Part shown: positions 25,351 through 28,259 of the stretch, one piece after another
Numbering within the stretch: the first letter of the stretch is position 1
Layout: each line of letters starts with the position of its first letter
DNA from: Thermodesulfobacteriota bacterium
Lineage (GTDB): Bacteria; Desulfobacterota; QYQD01
NCBI GenBank assembly: GCA_030017815.1
Contig: JASEGX010000002.1
Span: 1 to 28,259 of the forward strand
Direction of reading: 5' to 3'
DNA length: 28,259 nt
Position numbers and translations under genes: made by a program
The notes under the pieces: model-generated
Database searches by the model: none
The model's input: the letters and a program-made list of their open reading frames with translations, nothing else
Told to the model about the DNA's origin: nothing

Positions 25351-25785
25351 ATGGCCCATATCCGCGAAGAAGAAGGGGAAGTAATTGCCGTTGAAGGCAA
25401 CCAGGCTAAGGTTAGGATCAGACGCAGCCCGGCCTGTGACAGTTGTTCAAGCAGCAGCAGTTGTGGTTTACTTGGTAAAGGTGAGATGGTGCTAACTGCA
25501 TTAAATCCAATAGGGGCTTCGGAAGGGCAAAAGGTGGACGTTTCGTTCAAGGTTGAGGGAGGGGTCAAGGCCTCTTTTATTCTGTACCTAATTCCCGTGG
25601 TTGGCCTGGTAGCAGGGGCATTAATCGGCTATAGCTTGCATTTATTTGGTGATAAGGAGATTTCAGCGGCCGTCTTTAGTCTGTTGTTTGTGGCGCTTAC
25701 TTTTCTTGGCATCAAATATTATGCGCACATCAGATATGCCAAGGATCAATCTTACATCCCAAAGATTACAAAGGTAGTGGCTTAA
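25351..25785 (+). CDS. rseC: RseC/MucC family membrane protein
   Basis: EGEVIAV..AKV, CDSCSSSSSCG, GQKVDV, ILYLIP, two C-terminal TM helices. Confidence 0.85.
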   Translation: MAHIREEEGEVIAVEGNQAKVRIRRSPACDSCSSSSSCGLLGKGEMVLTALNPIGASEGQKVDVSFKVEGGVKASFILYLIPVVGLVAGALIGYSLHLFGDKEISAAVFSLLFVALTFLGIKYYAHIRYAKDQSYIPKITKVVA

Positions 25786-25831
25786 CTGTAAAGCCATAAG
25801 ATTCTGCAGAGGATACTAGAGGAGAATACTT

Positions 25832-27271
25832 ATGACTCGGGGGAAGTTGTCGTCGCTTTTTTTGCTGATATGTCTGACCGTGTTTCCATCGGTTGCGCTG
25901 GCTTCTGAGGCCGGGCATGGCGGGATTAATTTAGGAGAGGTGTTGCCGCTTTATAGCGCCATACCCTTCGCGGGCATGCTCCTGTCCATTGCCCTTATGC
26001 CGCTCTTCCTTCCCAAATTCTGGCATCATCACTTCGGCAAGGTTTCCGCTTTCTGGGCGGTGCTGGTGGCTATCCCAATGGTTATCGCTTATACCGGCAC
26101 GGCGCTGTATGAATTTGTGCATGTAATAGTGGCGGATTATGTGCCCTTTATCATCCTGCTCTGGTCCCTGTTTACGGTCTCCGGGGGTATACTTCTGCGT
26201 GGTACTCTGGTGGGTACGCCGATAGTGAATACGGTCATGCTTATCATTGGTACGGCGCTGGCCTCCTGGATGGGGACAACCGGGGCGGCCATGCTGATGA
26301 TACGACCGTTTCTGCGGGCTAACAGTCACCGGAAGAACCGGAGCTTCATGGTTGTATTCTTTATCTTTTTGGTGGCTAATATCGGCGGGGCCTTGACGCC
26401 GCTTGGCGATCCGCCGCTTTTCCTGGGGTTCCTGCACGGTGTGCCCTTTACCTGGACATTTAATTTACTGCCCGAGATGCTGGTGGTTGCGGTCATAGTC
26501 CTCTGCATATACTTTGTGTGGGATACCTATATGTACAAGAAGGAAGGGGTGACCGCGCCGGCAGACGAGGGCGTCAAGGAGCCCTTTGGACTGGATGGGG
26601 CCTTGAACTTTATCTTCCTGGCCGGTATCGTGGGTGCGGTCTTGATGAGCGGCCTGGTGGACATGGGATCAATCAACATGTTTGGTATTCACCGGGCGGT
26701 GGCGGATCTGGCCCGGGATGGTATCCTGATCGTTATGGGGGCGCTTTCGTTGGTAACTACCTCCAGAAAGGTCAGGGAAGACAACGACTTCACCTGGGCC
26801 CCGATCCTGGAAGTCGCCTATCTTTTTGCCGGTATATTCATCAGCATGGTGCCCTGCCTGCTCATCCTGAAGGCGGGTACTAAGGGGGCGCTGGCCTTCC
26901 TGATCGAGGCGGTCAAGGAACCGGTACACTATTTCTGGGCTGCTGGTATCCTCTCCAGCTTTCTGGACAATGCCCCGACCTACCTGACCTTCTTCAGCAC
27001 GGCGCTCGGGAGTTACTATCCGGGCATGCCGGAGGCACAGGCGGTGCCGAAGCTTATCGCTGAGAATGCTATTTATCTTAAGGCCATTTCGTGCGGTGCG
27101 GTTTTTATGGGCGCTAACACTTATATCGGCAATGCCCCGAACTTTATGGTAAGATCTATTGCGGAAGAAGCTGGCACTCCCATGCCGAGCTTCTTCGGAT
27201 ATATGGTTAAGTATTCGATCCCGGTGTTGTGTACGACATTTGTTGTTATAAGCTTCATCTTTTTTATATAA
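25832..27271 (+). CDS. Putative Na+/H+ antiporter (IT superfamily, CitMHS_2-like)
   Basis: About 13 TM; NIGGALTPLGDPPLFLG, LSSFLDNAPTY, GANTYIGNAPNFMV. Confidence 0.8.
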   Translation: MTRGKLSSLFLLICLTVFPSVALASEAGHGGINLGEVLPLYSAIPFAGMLLSIALMPLFLPKFWHHHFGKVSAFWAVLVAIPMVIAYTGTALYEFVHVIVADYVPFIILLWSLFTVSGGILLRGTLVGTPIVNTVMLIIGTALASWMGTTGAAMLMIRPFLRANSHRKNRSFMVVFFIFLVANIGGALTPLGDPPLFLGFLHGVPFTWTFNLLPEMLVVAVIVLCIYFVWDTYMYKKEGVTAPADEGVKEPFGLDGALNFIFLAGIVGAVLMSGLVDMGSINMFGIHRAVADLARDGILIVMGALSLVTTSRKVREDNDFTWAPILEVAYLFAGIFISMVPCLLILKAGTKGALAFLIEAVKEPVHYFWAAGILSSFLDNAPTYLTFFSTALGSYYPGMPEAQAVPKLIAENAIYLKAISCGAVFMGANTYIGNAPNFMVRSIAEEAGTPMPSFFGYMVKYSIPVLCTTFVVISFIFFI

Positions 27272-27281
27272 GGAGGGCTCT

Positions 27282-28172
27282 ATGAAACTTACGAAGGTCT
27301 TATTTGCTACTAAGTTCCGGGAGTTGGCCTTTGACGCCCTGGAGTCACTTTTTGATTTGAAGGCGGCCGGGCTTAAGGAGATAATCCTCACTTACATAAT
27401 CCCCCGCGAGGAAGTAGCCTTTGTGCCTTACGGGGGCTATATGAAGGATGAAGAGGAGCGCCTCAGGGAGCAGGCCCGGATTCGGTTTGAAGATTGGCAG
27501 GAGGCCCTGTCCAGAGCGGGTGTGGATAGTAAAATCCGTATTGAGGTCGGTGAGCCGGTTCCAAAGCTAGTCAGAATTGCTGAAAAGGAGAAGGTCAACC
27601 TGATTGTAGCCGGACGGAAAAAACGGACAGCCATGGAAAAAGTCTATGTGGGTTCACATACCTTGGATTTATTGCGCCGGAGTACGGCCATCCCGGTTCT
27701 CATAAGCAAATATATGGTTTATTGTGATATGGAGGGACAATGTGTAAGGCGTGTTAATGAACATCCCTTCCAGAGGCCCTTGTTTGCTACCGACTGGTCG
27801 AAGCCTTCACAGAATGCCCTGGAATTTATCACAACCCTGAAGGGCGCCGTGGATAAGGTGGATGTGGCCCATATCATTGGGGTTAAGATATCCAAGAATC
27901 TCGATAAAAGTGAGCTGAATCGTATCGAAAAAGAGAGTAAAGAGAGGCTGGACAAATACTGCGCGACACTAAAGAAGGCGGGGATCAAGGCCGAACCCCA
28001 TCTGACCGCCGGGCGTACTGCCAGCGAGATTATACGACTTTCCCGGGAGTTGAACTCCACCATGATTGTACAGGGGACGACAGGAAAAGATCGCGTTAAG
28101 GAGTTTTTTGTCGGTAGCGTCTCACACCGTATAGCCGAGGTATCTGAGCTTCCGACGCTGTTGGTTCCGTAA
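27282..28172 (+). CDS. Universal stress protein (tandem domains)
   Basis: KVLFATKF, LIVAGRK..VGS; second domain PLFATDWS, IVQGTTG..FVGSVS..PTLLVP. Confidence 0.88.
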   Translation: MKLTKVLFATKFRELAFDALESLFDLKAAGLKEIILTYIIPREEVAFVPYGGYMKDEEERLREQARIRFEDWQEALSRAGVDSKIRIEVGEPVPKLVRIAEKEKVNLIVAGRKKRTAMEKVYVGSHTLDLLRRSTAIPVLISKYMVYCDMEGQCVRRVNEHPFQRPLFATDWSKPSQNALEFITTLKGAVDKVDVAHIIGVKISKNLDKSELNRIEKESKERLDKYCATLKKAGIKAEPHLTAGRTASEIIRLSRELNSTMIVQGTTGKDRVKEFFVGSVSHRIAEVSELPTLLVP

Positions 28173-28182
28173 GCCGCAAGCT

Positions 28183-28238
28183 TGTAGCCGCAGGCTTCAG
28201 CCTGCGCACAACAGCGCAACCTAAAGGTTGCGGCTACA
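28183..28238. repeat. Inverted GTAG-REP doublet after the last gene
   Basis: TGTAGCCGCAGGCTTCAGCCTGCGC ... GCGCAACCTAAAGGTTGCGGCTACA. Confidence 0.8.
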
Positions 28239-28259
28239 GTTTGGTTGTTGTCGAAAAAT

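Noticed and set aside
1059-28219. Numerous antisense or alternate-frame ORFs (for example 13559-14035, 24093-24659, 24467-25033, 25931-26437, 26669-27391, 27719-28219)
   Set aside because: Shadows of well-supported genes; no recognisable motifs or RBS

Overview
Anaerobe core-genome window, most like Desulfobacterota/deltaproteobacteria (inferred from gene content). Gene order: rex; pdxA-uvrA (minus strand); hpt; DUF4390-ntrY-ntrX; an atypical long ClpX-like ATPase; the siroheme-to-heme cluster ahbC-hemB-ahbD-ahbA; a small minus-strand toxin-antitoxin patch with an unannotated gene remnant; an HD hydrolase; a GlcF-like Fe-S/CCG protein; a tetraheme cytochrome c3; rnfCDGEAB; then a USP, rseC, a putative Na+/H+ antiporter and a tandem USP. 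The main discovery candidate is the Rnf complex. (1) rnfE has an in-frame TGA exactly at the conserved PLIVVNC cysteine, followed by a SECIS-like hairpin, so it probably encodes a selenocysteine ligand to the membrane [2Fe-2S] cluster. (2) RnfC has lost its FMN/NAD-binding motifs. (3) RnfD has lost its FMN-attachment threonine, while RnfG keeps SGAT. Together with the upstream cytochrome c3, this suggests a rewired, NAD-independent 'half-Rnf'. Intergenic regions hold many modular, nested miniature repeats (TIR-bounded MITE-like elements, GTAG REPs, heptamer arrays). Two genes appear to use near-cognate start codons. All motif comparisons were made by eye from recalled family consensus; no searches or folding programs were run.
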